64,000 nucleotides of DNA from Fidelibacterota bacterium (lineage in GTDB: Bacteria; Fidelibacterota; Marinisomatia; Marinisomatales; TCS55), in contig JBHHTW010000009.1 of assembly GCA_046861385.1 (NCBI GenBank), positions 1 to 64,000 on the forward strand, read 5' to 3'. This document shows, piece by piece, positions 40,554 to 50,109 of the stretch (position 1 is the first letter of the stretch; each line of letters begins with the position of its first letter). A model generated the notes under the pieces. The model saw only the letters and a list, made by a program, of their open reading frames with translations. It did not search any database and had not been told where the DNA came from. The translations under genes and the position numbers were made by a program.

Positions 40554-41339
40554 TTAAATCATTTCAATTAATGTTCTGATATTTTCAAAAGCTTTGTTGA
40601 CGTCATAGTCAATGTCACTTCGAATAAAATTATCAATATCATGACAAAATATTGGGTCTTTCAATTTATTTTCAAGATTGACAAGATATTGACTTGCTAT
40701 AACTGAATGACCTCCAAATTGCATATACTCATTAAAGGACTTAATAATATCCTCATACTTTACGTCATGATGCCTTAACGCCCAATCAATATCAAATAAA
40801 TCCCGACCTTTCTTTCGTTGATAAAGAGCCCGCAGCTTGGTTCCAAGCAATTCCTGGAGTTCAAAAGTATTGAATACGCAAACACCAGTAAACCACTGCG
40901 ATTTAACTTCAAAATTCATTTTCTTAATTGGAAACACGCTAAAATGCTCTCTAGTATTAATCTCAATTTTAATTCGTTTCTTTCCTTCCGGATCAGATTC
41001 AGGTGTAAATGAATAATAGATTCGAAATCCATCTTTACGAGATTCTGTGCTACTTTTTCCAAGCCACGGGTCGATTGTATTTTGAATTGTTTTTACAATT
41101 TTCTTTATAGGACCTACGGTTATCTGAACAAAATCCAAATCTTCAGAATAACGAACCGGTGATGGGAAAAACAATTTATTAAGAGCCGTACCCCCACGAA
41201 AGATAAGTTGGTCTTTCAAAAATTCATTTTGATACAATTCAACAAGTATTCTGGATAAAATCAAATCCTGTTCAATCTGTTCATCTGCCACCCATGGAGC
41301 TGTATGCTGCCATTCAATCACGAATGCTCTCGGTATCAT
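40554..41339 (-). CDS. AbiEii/AbiGii nucleotidyltransferase toxin (type IV TA)
   Basis: QIEQDLIL, FRGGTAL, RYSEDLDF, KIEINTRE, KLRALYQRKKGRDLFD. Confidence 0.92.
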   Translation of the reverse strand: MIPRAFVIEWQHTAPWVADEQIEQDLILSRILVELYQNEFLKDQLIFRGGTALNKLFFPSPVRYSEDLDFVQITVGPIKKIVKTIQNTIDPWLGKSSTESRKDGFRIYYSFTPESDPEGKKRIKIEINTREHFSVFPIKKMNFEVKSQWFTGVCVFNTFELQELLGTKLRALYQRKKGRDLFDIDWALRHHDVKYEDIIKSFNEYMQFGGHSVIASQYLVNLENKLKDPIFCHDIDNFIRSDIDYDVNKAFENIRTLIEMI

Positions 41340-42109
41340 GAATCAAACTCCAATTCTTGATTGATAAACAACTTCCACCGAGGATGCTTGTTAATTCTTT
41401 CTCTGTTTCCGGAAGGATTCAAATATGCATAGATAATATTCTTTTGAGCGAAGTACTTATCCAAGCTGTTACAAATCTTGTCGAATCCTAATATTTCCAA
41501 AATATAAGATGCTCTTTGAACATAAGCATCAGGATAATGTTGTACTGTTTCAATGAATGATAGAGCAGATGTTTTTTCAACTAGTTCTGAAATCACTACT
41601 CCCACATGATCCAAACCTCCAATCTGTCGGTTGAATTCAACCAAATCCAACAATGTTGCTTCAGGTGTTGAAATATTTAAATATCCCGTTGCGGTATTAC
41701 GCTTTTTAATTGGAATAACAGCTGTATTCTTTTTGCGATAGAATAATATTTGATTTCGACCATTTTGAATATTACGCTTATCATAATTTGTTATCACTTG
41801 AAACGATTGTGGACTTTGATGGGAAGCACCATAGTAAGATGCTGCTGTTAATAGCCCAACATAATATGGTCTTGAATAATGCTTCATCAATGCATCAATA
41901 TATCGTTCCACGGGCAAGCGGTTTGTATATATATATTCTTCCGGTACAATAATATGAAATCCTCGAACAGGAGTTAGTACACGTCCATTCTTTCGAAGCA
42001 ATCTTAACTTATCCTTTGAAGGATACCCCAAATATTCAGTCATTTCCGTTGAAGAAAATGACCAAACACCCTTATTAATTAGTGTTTGTATGTAGTCTAA
42101 GTAGCCCAT
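41336..42109 (-). CDS. AbiEi-family antitoxin (type IV TA)
   Basis: YYVGLLTAASYYGASHQ, STPEATLLDL; ATGA overlap with the toxin gene. Confidence 0.9.
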   Translation of the reverse strand: MGYLDYIQTLINKGVWSFSSTEMTEYLGYPSKDKLRLLRKNGRVLTPVRGFHIIVPEEYIYTNRLPVERYIDALMKHYSRPYYVGLLTAASYYGASHQSPQSFQVITNYDKRNIQNGRNQILFYRKKNTAVIPIKKRNTATGYLNISTPEATLLDLVEFNRQIGGLDHVGVVISELVEKTSALSFIETVQHYPDAYVQRASYILEILGFDKICNSLDKYFAQKNIIYAYLNPSGNRERINKHPRWKLFINQELEFDS

Positions 42110-42126
42110 TAAAATGTGTTATTGCC

Positions 42127-42159
42127 TGCGTAACTTCGCATATTTAGCGATATTACGCA
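42127..42159 (-). promoter_or_regulatory. Inverted-repeat operator upstream of abiEi
   Basis: TGCGTAACTTCGC-7 nt-GCGATATTACGCA (11/13), 18 bp upstream of the ATG. Confidence 0.6.
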
Positions 42160-42212
42160 AGCATAATTACAATTTATTGTAAAAGGTTGTTTTAATTATT
42201 TCAAAATTTTTG

Positions 42213-42443
42213 GGCGAATCAGATCATGGCGTTAACCCCAGGATTGAACCGGGACCCGCCGTGACTCATGAAACCAATGGAACGATACCCGAACACGTCC
42301 CTTATGTGGATAAAGATGAATGTGTCGGCTGCAACCTATGCGGCTTAATTTGTCCTGTATCCGGTTGCATTACCATGGAAGAAATTCCACATTCTAAAGG
42401 GAAGGAATCCTGGAATGAACGGGTTGTAAAGGGAATGGGTTAA
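42213..42443 (+). pseudogene. Second, diverged copy of the preA 3' end (last 4Fe-4S motif)
   Basis: 59/76 aa identical by hand count to the PreA C-terminus (40307-40540); no RBS seen. Confidence 0.85.
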
Positions 42444-42476
42444 TTAATGAAAGACCAGCCACGACGATTAATCTGA

Positions 42477-43460
42477 TTAATCAGTTGGCCATAATTCTTT
42501 CGTATATAATTCAGGATGGTGTAAAATAATATCTACTCTGTTATCAGGTACATTCGATAAATCGTGACCGGGTATCACCACAAGATCGGGAACCAATTCA
42601 ATCAATTTCTGAATTCGATTCCTCATATTTGCCGCCTGTTCCGGATTTTTTGATATTCGTTGAATATCATTTCCTTTCAACCAATCGAAATGAACCGCCT
42701 CGTCTCCCGGTAATAATACAGGCCCTAGTGGCAGCCGGAGAATTATCCCCATACTCCCGGTCAAATGGCCGTTTCCTTCTATGAGAATCATGGTGCCGTC
42801 TCCCAGAAGATCAATCGTTTTTTCAAAAGTACCAAAAGGAACCCCGGATGAAAAATCTATCCGATGAAAAGAATGGCTGTCTTCAATAGATGCGATTAAT
42901 TCAGGATTGAACCCATCCATCTTTGGTAAATCTTCCAAGTCGTTATCATCACTGATGTAATAATCTGCATTCAAAAAATCATCTCCATTACCCACGTGAT
43001 CAAAATGAAGATGGGAAAAAATGACCATTGTTACATCTTCCGGATTAAAATCAAACTGCTTTAACTGAGATGATAATTCATGCCCAGGAAGGGAACTGGT
43101 CTTAAAAAAGCATCTTGTAATCGGATGGAGTACCTTCTCACCTTTGATGGCAGCTTCTGTGGATAATCCGGTATCAAATACAATCAGTCCAAAAGTCGGA
43201 TGTTCAATGAGAAAGGCTGGCGCCGGTCGCCATGGAGCCGGGCTGCCTACCAATAATGGAGAAACCCGGTTCATTCCCGTATTAAATACATGAAGTTTAA
43301 TATCAGCAGCAGTATATATTTTCTCCCAGTTGACTAATTGATTTTCAATCTCGATTCCTCTGATATTTTTTGGGATATAGCAACTGGTGGACAGTACCAG
43401 AATGAAGATGGTTAATAAAGCTCTGCTTCCCTGTGGAAACTCCAGGTTTATTTTACTCAT
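42477..43460 (-). CDS. Metallo-beta-lactamase-fold hydrolase, AHL-lactonase (AiiA/AttM)-like, probable lipoprotein
   Basis: FDTG, SHLHFDH, DLLGDG, GH, GD, PGHD; lipobox-like LSTSC. Confidence 0.85.
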   Translation of the reverse strand: MSKINLEFPQGSRALLTIFILVLSTSCYIPKNIRGIEIENQLVNWEKIYTAADIKLHVFNTGMNRVSPLLVGSPAPWRPAPAFLIEHPTFGLIVFDTGLSTEAAIKGEKVLHPITRCFFKTSSLPGHELSSQLKQFDFNPEDVTMVIFSHLHFDHVGNGDDFLNADYYISDDNDLEDLPKMDGFNPELIASIEDSHSFHRIDFSSGVPFGTFEKTIDLLGDGTMILIEGNGHLTGSMGIILRLPLGPVLLPGDEAVHFDWLKGNDIQRISKNPEQAANMRNRIQKLIELVPDLVVIPGHDLSNVPDNRVDIILHHPELYTKELWPTD

Positions 43461-43515
43461 TTTCGCTGTCTCATTTTGTATGGTATAAAAGCTCTTCACT
43501 AAACTATTCTACATT

Positions 43516-44418
43516 CTATTCCGGATAATCTGATTTATCGACGGGATAATATGGCATTTCCATGGGTCCGTCCTCATCACTCAGAAGAGAGTATAATAAA
43601 GAATCGGTCAAAATATTCCGGATATCTTCCTGACTATTCCTCAAGTCAACCGCCCGTTCCACTAACCGAATACCATGGCTGTAATCGGCATACCAGTTGA
43701 CATGACCGGCATACAACGGTTGGATAGGTTGTCCATTTAACCGGTGCCAGCCATAAATAACTACTTTGTCCTGATTTGCCAGGATTCGATTGGAAATTAT
43801 TACGTCCTTTTTATGTCCGGAAACTAAGGCTCCGAGTGGATTGGTACTGATAGATTGGTATCGTTGGTCATGGACAATGGTGTTATGATCAGCGAAAACC
43901 GGAATGGTTACCATGGCCGAGCTGGGGGGAATAGGACGGGGTTCCAGCTTTAAATCCCCTTGCTGCCAAATGGCATTGACCATTTTCCTTGTGGGAAGGG
44001 ACATGTGTAAAGAGTCGCCTAATTCCTGTGCCAGAATGGGCGTCATGGGTATGAGAAAATAATCCGCATCAGATCCAAGAGCCAGATAATCGCAGGTTGC
44101 ATAAAATATTGCTGTATCCACCAGGCCGTCTTTTGTTTTGGTGACGATTACCGGAACCAAATTCCTGATAAAATCAGGAATATTCCCTTCCAATATTTCC
44201 CTTTTAATTCGGCCCTCCCTCTCGCGAAGATTCAAAGAAGATAATACAGCAACCAGATCACTTCCGGTCAGTGCATCCGATAGACGCTCTGGTAAGGAAA
44301 TAACATGGTTGGTTTGAATGCCATTCAGGTTTTTGGTTTCACCGCTTTCATCATTCTGACAGCAAAGAGATGCAGCGATAAAAATAATTAAAATGGGTCT
44401 ATTACGTTTCAACATCAA
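43516..44418 (-). CDS. Hypothetical lipoprotein
   Basis: Lipobox-like SLCC; motif-rich core DYLALGSD, GHKKD, IYGWH, IQP, YADYSHG. Confidence 0.75.
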   Translation of the reverse strand: MMLKRNRPILIIFIAASLCCQNDESGETKNLNGIQTNHVISLPERLSDALTGSDLVAVLSSLNLREREGRIKREILEGNIPDFIRNLVPVIVTKTKDGLVDTAIFYATCDYLALGSDADYFLIPMTPILAQELGDSLHMSLPTRKMVNAIWQQGDLKLEPRPIPPSSAMVTIPVFADHNTIVHDQRYQSISTNPLGALVSGHKKDVIISNRILANQDKVVIYGWHRLNGQPIQPLYAGHVNWYADYSHGIRLVERAVDLRNSQEDIRNILTDSLLYSLLSDEDGPMEMPYYPVDKSDYPE

Positions 44419-44825
44419 CGATAGATTCGATTATTATGCATGAATTTAGCTCCGGATCCGGATAACCTTTATGAATAAGGTTCACGATTTTTCTTTATTG
44501 TATATCATGAGGGCTTTGATCTAATCACGATGTGAGCGTGATACCAACTGGGTTAGATTAATAATACTTTCAGAAGATTGCTAATTCAATAATGATTGAG
44601 TCCTCTTACAGGATGCCTGGACTTTTTATCAGGGAAAACCCGTCTGAATCATGGACGGATAACACAATGAGATCAGTATTGAACTATCCGGTTTTTTAAA
44701 ACAATCTCTATAATAATATATTTTGTTAACTTAATATTAATGAAACAATATTATTATTTATCCTCTTTTTACTGGAATTTTTGAAGAAAAGGCAAGCAGA
44801 AGAAAACTAATAATGATTTTATTAA

Positions 44826-45167
44826 ATGGGTAGAACATCTAACCTGAAAAAAGTTACAACAGGAATATTACTGGTGATCATGGGCATTTATTCCCATGAA
44901 TCAATGAGCCATCTGGGACATCCTCATTTCTATAGGGGAACAATATCCAGCGATTTGGATAATGGTTCAGTCTATGAAAATATTCAATTCTCTGAATTTG
45001 GAAAATGTCCCTGGAGCAAAGCTGGTTACCTTTTTCAAACCGCGTGTCCCCTGCTCGGTTCCCATCAAATCATTAATTCAGAAACAATCCTTCAGTTGCC
45101 TCAGGAATTTACTCCCCTTTCAGAAAAAATCCTTATTGAGTCACGAGCTCCCCCCGTTTTATCCTGA
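44826..45167 (+). CDS. Small His/Cys-containing upstream ORF ending in RAPP (DUF2946-like leader)
   Basis: Basic plus hydrophobic N-terminus, HESMSHLGHPH, two Cys, C-terminal ESRAPPVLS; first ORF of a metal-uptake operon. Confidence 0.7.
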   Translation: MGRTSNLKKVTTGILLVIMGIYSHESMSHLGHPHFYRGTISSDLDNGSVYENIQFSEFGKCPWSKAGYLFQTACPLLGSHQIINSETILQLPQEFTPLSEKILIESRAPPVLS

Positions 45168-45224
45168 TATTATTCTCATATCCCCTTTAGGGGACTATTT
45201 TTACCATTTTAAATCAGGAAACCT

Positions 45225-46208
45225 ATGTTTAAAAAAAATCTCTATCTAATAGTAATATTTAGTATGCTGACAGGTCAAACGACGGTGAACCCCAATATCA
45301 GTGCCATCGGGGATTTAATTTTGTCACATGATGAATCCAGTACTACTTTTTCTAATTCTGGATTAGAGTTGGCCTTTCAAGGTTATGTCAATCCCTTTGC
45401 CCGCGCCAACGTGTTTATTCATAAGCATGATAGTGAAGAGCCCACGGCTCTGGAAGAAGCGTTTTTGTCGGTAGACAGGGGACTTCCTCTTGGGTTACAG
45501 ATTCGGGCAGGGAGAATGAGGCCTGAATTTGGAAGGTTGAACCGGGAACATTCTCATCTCTGGCCTTACATACTTCCCTCTACACCAATGCAAAAAATTC
45601 TGGGGCCTGAATTATGGTCAGGAGTTGGCCTGGAACTCCGCTATCTTTTACCGTTTCCATGGTTCAGCAATATCACACTGGGAATTTTTCAAAATGGTAT
45701 TGAACTCTCTGAGGAAGAAGAAACAAGTACATTAGACAATACCGATCATCCTTCAGCCATTAATATGCGGTGGTCCAATTTTTTGGATTTCTCAGATATT
45801 ACCCACGGGGAATTAGGTATCAGCCTCTATCAATCAGATGGAGAAAACTTAATGGGATTAGATTACAAGTTAAAATGGCGTCCTGACACTTATCGATCCC
45901 TCTCCCTTAAGGGGGATATATTCTTCCGGAAAGGGGAGGGAGATACCACAGCCATAGTGGGATTATCAGTAATTAATGCTCAATTTAGTCGTATTTGGAA
46001 TCTGGGTGCCACTATTGACTACTTCCATCAGGAGGATCAATCCTCCTATGCTTCTGTCGGTGGATTCCTGGGATTCAGTCCGGCAGCTGAATCTTCTGTA
46101 CTACGGTTCATGGTTAAGCGAATTTTTCATGAAGGCGGAGATGATTCATGGCAGTTGGTTTCTCAATTGATATGGTCATTGGGCCCCCATAAACCACACA
46201 AATTTTAG
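45225..46208 (+). CDS. Outer-membrane beta-barrel associated with metal ABC uptake
   Basis: Signal peptide, NPNISAIGD, ELAFQGYVNPF, LEEAF, FGRLNREHSH, C-terminal LGPHKPHKF. Confidence 0.8.
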   Translation: MFKKNLYLIVIFSMLTGQTTVNPNISAIGDLILSHDESSTTFSNSGLELAFQGYVNPFARANVFIHKHDSEEPTALEEAFLSVDRGLPLGLQIRAGRMRPEFGRLNREHSHLWPYILPSTPMQKILGPELWSGVGLELRYLLPFPWFSNITLGIFQNGIELSEEEETSTLDNTDHPSAINMRWSNFLDFSDITHGELGISLYQSDGENLMGLDYKLKWRPDTYRSLSLKGDIFFRKGEGDTTAIVGLSVINAQFSRIWNLGATIDYFHQEDQSSYASVGGFLGFSPAAESSVLRFMVKRIFHEGGDDSWQLVSQLIWSLGPHKPHKF

Positions 46209-46213
46209 GAATA

Positions 46214-47101
46214 ATGCTGATGAAAAAAATTATTATAGTCTTTTCTATTTTATGGATGACCCTTGCCTGGGGAAAGGTTAGAATCGTCACCTCAATAACG
46301 GACATGGCTGATATTGCCGAGACAATCGGTGGAAACAATGTCTCGGTCACCAGCATTGCCAGAGGAAATCAAAATCCTCATTACGTGGAAGTTATGCCTT
46401 CATATATGTTAAAAGTACGCAAAGCTGATTTCTACCTCAAAATAGGAATGGATTTGGATTTATGGTCAGACCAAATTATTGATGGGTCAAGGAACCGCAA
46501 TATACAGGTGGTAGACTGCTCTCAGAATGTTCATCGATTGGAAGTGCCATCATCCAAAGTGGATGCCAGTCAGGGGGATGTGCATCGCATGGGGAATCCC
46601 CATTATTGGCTGGATCCGGCCAATGGGATCATTATTGCTGAAACCATTGCAAATGCCTTGATTTCAATTGATCCGAAGCATCGTGAAGAATATGAAAAAA
46701 ACTTGAACAAGTTCAAGAGTACGATAGAAGAAAAAATACGAATTTGGAATACGGAGTTTGCCGATCTCAAAGGGAAAAAAATCATATTTTATCATAATTC
46801 CTGGCCATATTTCAGTGAAAGTTTTGGATTGGATGTACGTCAGTTCTTAGAGCCAAAGCCTGGGATTACACCCTCTCCGTCTCACTTGGATAGGCTGATT
46901 CGCCTAATTGAGCAGGAGCACATTTCCGTTATTGCCATGGAACCCTATTTTAGTCCAAAAGCGCCTGAATTCTTGAAATCAAAAACAGGATCCCATGTGA
47001 TTGTTTTGGCCCAGTCGGTGGATGCTCTGCCTGAAGCTGACTCCTATGTAAAACTCTTTGAATCCAATTTGAAAAAACTTCAAGCAGTGTTGGGAGATTA
47101 A
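46214..47101 (+). CDS. Zn/Mn ABC substrate-binding protein (ZnuA/TroA family)
   Basis: NPHY, GDVH..GNPHYWLDP, YHNSWPYF, EPKPGI. Confidence 0.92.
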   Translation: MLMKKIIIVFSILWMTLAWGKVRIVTSITDMADIAETIGGNNVSVTSIARGNQNPHYVEVMPSYMLKVRKADFYLKIGMDLDLWSDQIIDGSRNRNIQVVDCSQNVHRLEVPSSKVDASQGDVHRMGNPHYWLDPANGIIIAETIANALISIDPKHREEYEKNLNKFKSTIEEKIRIWNTEFADLKGKKIIFYHNSWPYFSESFGLDVRQFLEPKPGITPSPSHLDRLIRLIEQEHISVIAMEPYFSPKAPEFLKSKTGSHVIVLAQSVDALPEADSYVKLFESNLKKLQAVLGD

Positions 47102-47102
47102 G

Positions 47103-47933
47103 ATGAATTTATATTTAGATTTAATCATTTGGCCATTCCTGGCAGCGGTCGTCATATCCGGAATTCACGTTTATCTTGGAATGCATGTCGTTTCGCGAGG
47201 TGTAATATTTGTGGATTTAGCCCTGGCGCAGATGGCTGCCTTGGGAACGGCTGTAGGGATACTCATTGGATTGGATCCCGCTTCCACCACGACCTTGGTT
47301 CTGGCAGTACTTTTTACATTGGTGGGGGCTGCCCTATTCGCCAGTATCCGGTCTATTTCCAATCGAATTCCTTCTGAAGCCATTATTGGAATTACGTATG
47401 TGGTGGCGGCTGCTCTCATGATCCTCCTATTTAGCCATTCTGCGGAGGGAGCTGAAGAAGTAAATCATCTTCTGGTCGGTTCAATATTATTTGTCACACC
47501 GCTTCAGGTAGGGGAAATATTCATCATATATTCGATCATCGGTCTTTTCCATTATCGATTCAGACACCAATTCATGGCCACATCCCGTTTTCGATCTGAA
47601 AAACTTCCTCCACCTAAAAATATCCATCTATGGGATTTTCTATTTTACGTTACTTTCGGAATTGTCGTCACTCTCTCCGTTAAAATCGCCGGAGTGCTGC
47701 TGGTCTTTTCATTTCTAATTATTCCTTCAGTCGCTGCACTCTTTTTTATGGATTCTCCACTTCGACGAATGATTTACGGCTGGGTTTTTAGTTTAGCCGG
47801 AAGTGTATTGGGGATGTTTTTTTCCATTTTGTTTGATACACCGACCGGAACCACTGTGGTGGTAACATTGGGTCTTCTGCTTACGTTAAATACGTTAATT
47901 TACCTGTTGAAAAATAAACAGTTAAGTGGATAG
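47103..47933 (+). CDS. Zn/Mn ABC permease (ZnuB/ABC-3 family)
   Basis: HVYLGMHVVSRGVIFVDLALAQ, EAIIG, AGVLLVFSFLIIP. Confidence 0.92.
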   Translation: MNLYLDLIIWPFLAAVVISGIHVYLGMHVVSRGVIFVDLALAQMAALGTAVGILIGLDPASTTTLVLAVLFTLVGAALFASIRSISNRIPSEAIIGITYVVAAALMILLFSHSAEGAEEVNHLLVGSILFVTPLQVGEIFIIYSIIGLFHYRFRHQFMATSRFRSEKLPPPKNIHLWDFLFYVTFGIVVTLSVKIAGVLLVFSFLIIPSVAALFFMDSPLRRMIYGWVFSLAGSVLGMFFSILFDTPTGTTVVVTLGLLLTLNTLIYLLKNKQLSG

Positions 47934-47941
47934 AACGTACT

Positions 47942-48415
47942 GTGAATAAGAAAAAAATATTTACATTAGGCGGAACACGATTCACCATTCGCACGGCGGG
48001 GGTCTTTTTTCTCATCTCTGCAGTCGTTGAGGGACTGTCCTTATCTTCCGCGGTTCCGTTGTTTGGGGATCTTCGAGGTGGAGTTATTGCCGTCATTTAC
48101 CATCTGCTGTTCGTCGGTCTGTTTCTTGGAATGGGAATTGGTCTGTGGGCTGCAAAGTCCTGGGGTTTTCGTTATATGTTTTACGGTACTATTTTTTATA
48201 CTTTAGAGAGAATTCTCTATATATTGGATGGATCAGCCCGGGAGATGGAAGCCGCAACGACATTAGGAAGATACCAGAGTCTATTGGGACAGGATGGACA
48301 AAGTTTGGTATCACAAGCAATGAATCTCACTACCATCCTGACTATTCTGTGCTGGTGGGGATTCGTATTATATCTTTACTTCAAGCGAGAATATTTCGGA
48401 TCATCAACGAAATGA
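47942..48415 (+). CDS. Hypothetical 4-TM membrane protein
   Basis: 157 aa, four hydrophobic segments, 8 bp after the permease. Confidence 0.7.
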   Translation: MNKKKIFTLGGTRFTIRTAGVFFLISAVVEGLSLSSAVPLFGDLRGGVIAVIYHLLFVGLFLGMGIGLWAAKSWGFRYMFYGTIFYTLERILYILDGSAREMEAATTLGRYQSLLGQDGQSLVSQAMNLTTILTILCWWGFVLYLYFKREYFGSSTK

Positions 48416-48624
48416 TATCTCGACCATTAGAAAATAGGATAGCTGTGTTGGATGTTGACTGTTCTCATTTTTATCTACCTTCTAAATGTTCACTCCGTTG
48501 GAAATGAATACGAAATGTCGGAACTTGCTGGGGACATATTTATTGTGAATTTCGAATTTTATGAATAATCCGTGTTAAGTTACACTACTAGTAAGCTTTA
48601 GGCAAAAAATCATAAAGGATTAAA

Positions 48625-50109
48625 ATGAGTAACATAATTCAATTTCAAAACTATGGTGCGAAACAAAATTGGATTGGAGGCGGCTTTCAAGATTCATCCT
48701 CCGGAAAATCAATTTCTGTTATTTCACCTTATTTCCATAAGGAGATAGCGACTATTCCTGATTCCAATGGAGATGACTTAGACTTGGCCGTAGACAAGGC
48801 AAAGTCTGCATTCCCTGCATGGGCATCGACAAATATCCGTAATCGAGCACAGGTAATGTTCAATCTGAAAACTATCATGGAAAAGGATATAGAGAATCTG
48901 GCACACTTGGTTGCATTGGATAATGGAAAAACAGTCGCCGATGCGAAGGGGAGTATCCTACGGGGGATAGAAGTGATAGAATTCGCCATATCATTACCCA
49001 ATATGTTACAAGGAGAATCATCGAACGTGAGCAAAGGGATCAATTGCACCATGACCCACGAACCCTTGGGTGTGGTGGGGGGAATTACACCGTTTAATTT
49101 TCCCATCATGGTTCCACTATGGATGATACCTCCGGCAATCACCACAGGAAATTGTTTTATTCTTAAGCCATCTGAACAGACGCCGCTTGCTGCATTAAAA
49201 TTGGCTGAGTATTTGAAAGAAGCCGGTTTACCCGATGGTGTGTTAAGCGTCTTAAATGGCACTCGGGAAGCAGTGGAAAGCATCTGCGATCATCCTGATA
49301 TTAAAGCAGTGGCATTTGTTGGCTCATCAAAGGTCGCAAAAATCGTTTATTCCCGTTCCACTGCCCAGGGGAAACGCGCTCTATGTTTGGGTGGAGCAAA
49401 GAATCATATGATCGTTGTTCCCGATGCAGACCAGGATTCCACGGCAAAAGGACTATTAGCCAGCTCAATGGGTAGCGCAGGGCAGAGGTGCATGGCCGCA
49501 AGCGTGGCTGTGTGTGTTGCAGAGGTTGGTCCCATCATTGATCAACTGGTGGAAGAGGCAAAATCATTTCAGTTGGGTGTGGACATGGGGACCATCGTTA
49601 GTAAAGCAGCTTTGGAAAAAATCACTGGATACATTGATGAGGCAGAAGCCATGGGTGCCAAAGTACTGGTTGATGGTCGAAATCCAAGTCCGCCGGAAGC
49701 TTATCCCGACGGATTCTGGCTGGGCCCTACTATTCTGGACAATGTTCATCCAAATTGGCCTTGCGCTATGGAAGAAATTTTCGGTCCCGTTCTCTCCATT
49801 ATTCGAACGGATACATTAGAGAGCGCCATGAAAATAGAAAATGGAAACCAGTACGGAAATGCAGCGGCGGTGTTTACTACATCAGGACAGGTGGCTAAAA
49901 CCATCTCTGAATCTGCATCTGCCGGGATGATCGGTATCAATATTGGTGTACCGGTTCCGAGAGAACCTTACAGTTTTGGCGGTTGGAATGAATCAAAATA
50001 CGGCCACGGGGATATTACCGGTAGAAGTGGTGTGGATTTCTGGACCAATTTGAAAAAAGTAACTTCTCGATGGCCTGAATCCACAGAATCCTGGAAGAAA
50101 TATTTCTAG
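48625..50109 (+). CDS. mmsA: CoA-acylating (methyl)malonate-semialdehyde dehydrogenase
   Basis: ITPFNFP, LKPSE, GGAKNH, AGQRCMA, EEIFGP, GINIGVPVP. Confidence 0.93.
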   Translation: MSNIIQFQNYGAKQNWIGGGFQDSSSGKSISVISPYFHKEIATIPDSNGDDLDLAVDKAKSAFPAWASTNIRNRAQVMFNLKTIMEKDIENLAHLVALDNGKTVADAKGSILRGIEVIEFAISLPNMLQGESSNVSKGINCTMTHEPLGVVGGITPFNFPIMVPLWMIPPAITTGNCFILKPSEQTPLAALKLAEYLKEAGLPDGVLSVLNGTREAVESICDHPDIKAVAFVGSSKVAKIVYSRSTAQGKRALCLGGAKNHMIVVPDADQDSTAKGLLASSMGSAGQRCMAASVAVCVAEVGPIIDQLVEEAKSFQLGVDMGTIVSKAALEKITGYIDEAEAMGAKVLVDGRNPSPPEAYPDGFWLGPTILDNVHPNWPCAMEEIFGPVLSIIRTDTLESAMKIENGNQYGNAAAVFTTSGQVAKTISESASAGMIGINIGVPVPREPYSFGGWNESKYGHGDITGRSGVDFWTNLKKVTSRWPESTESWKKYF

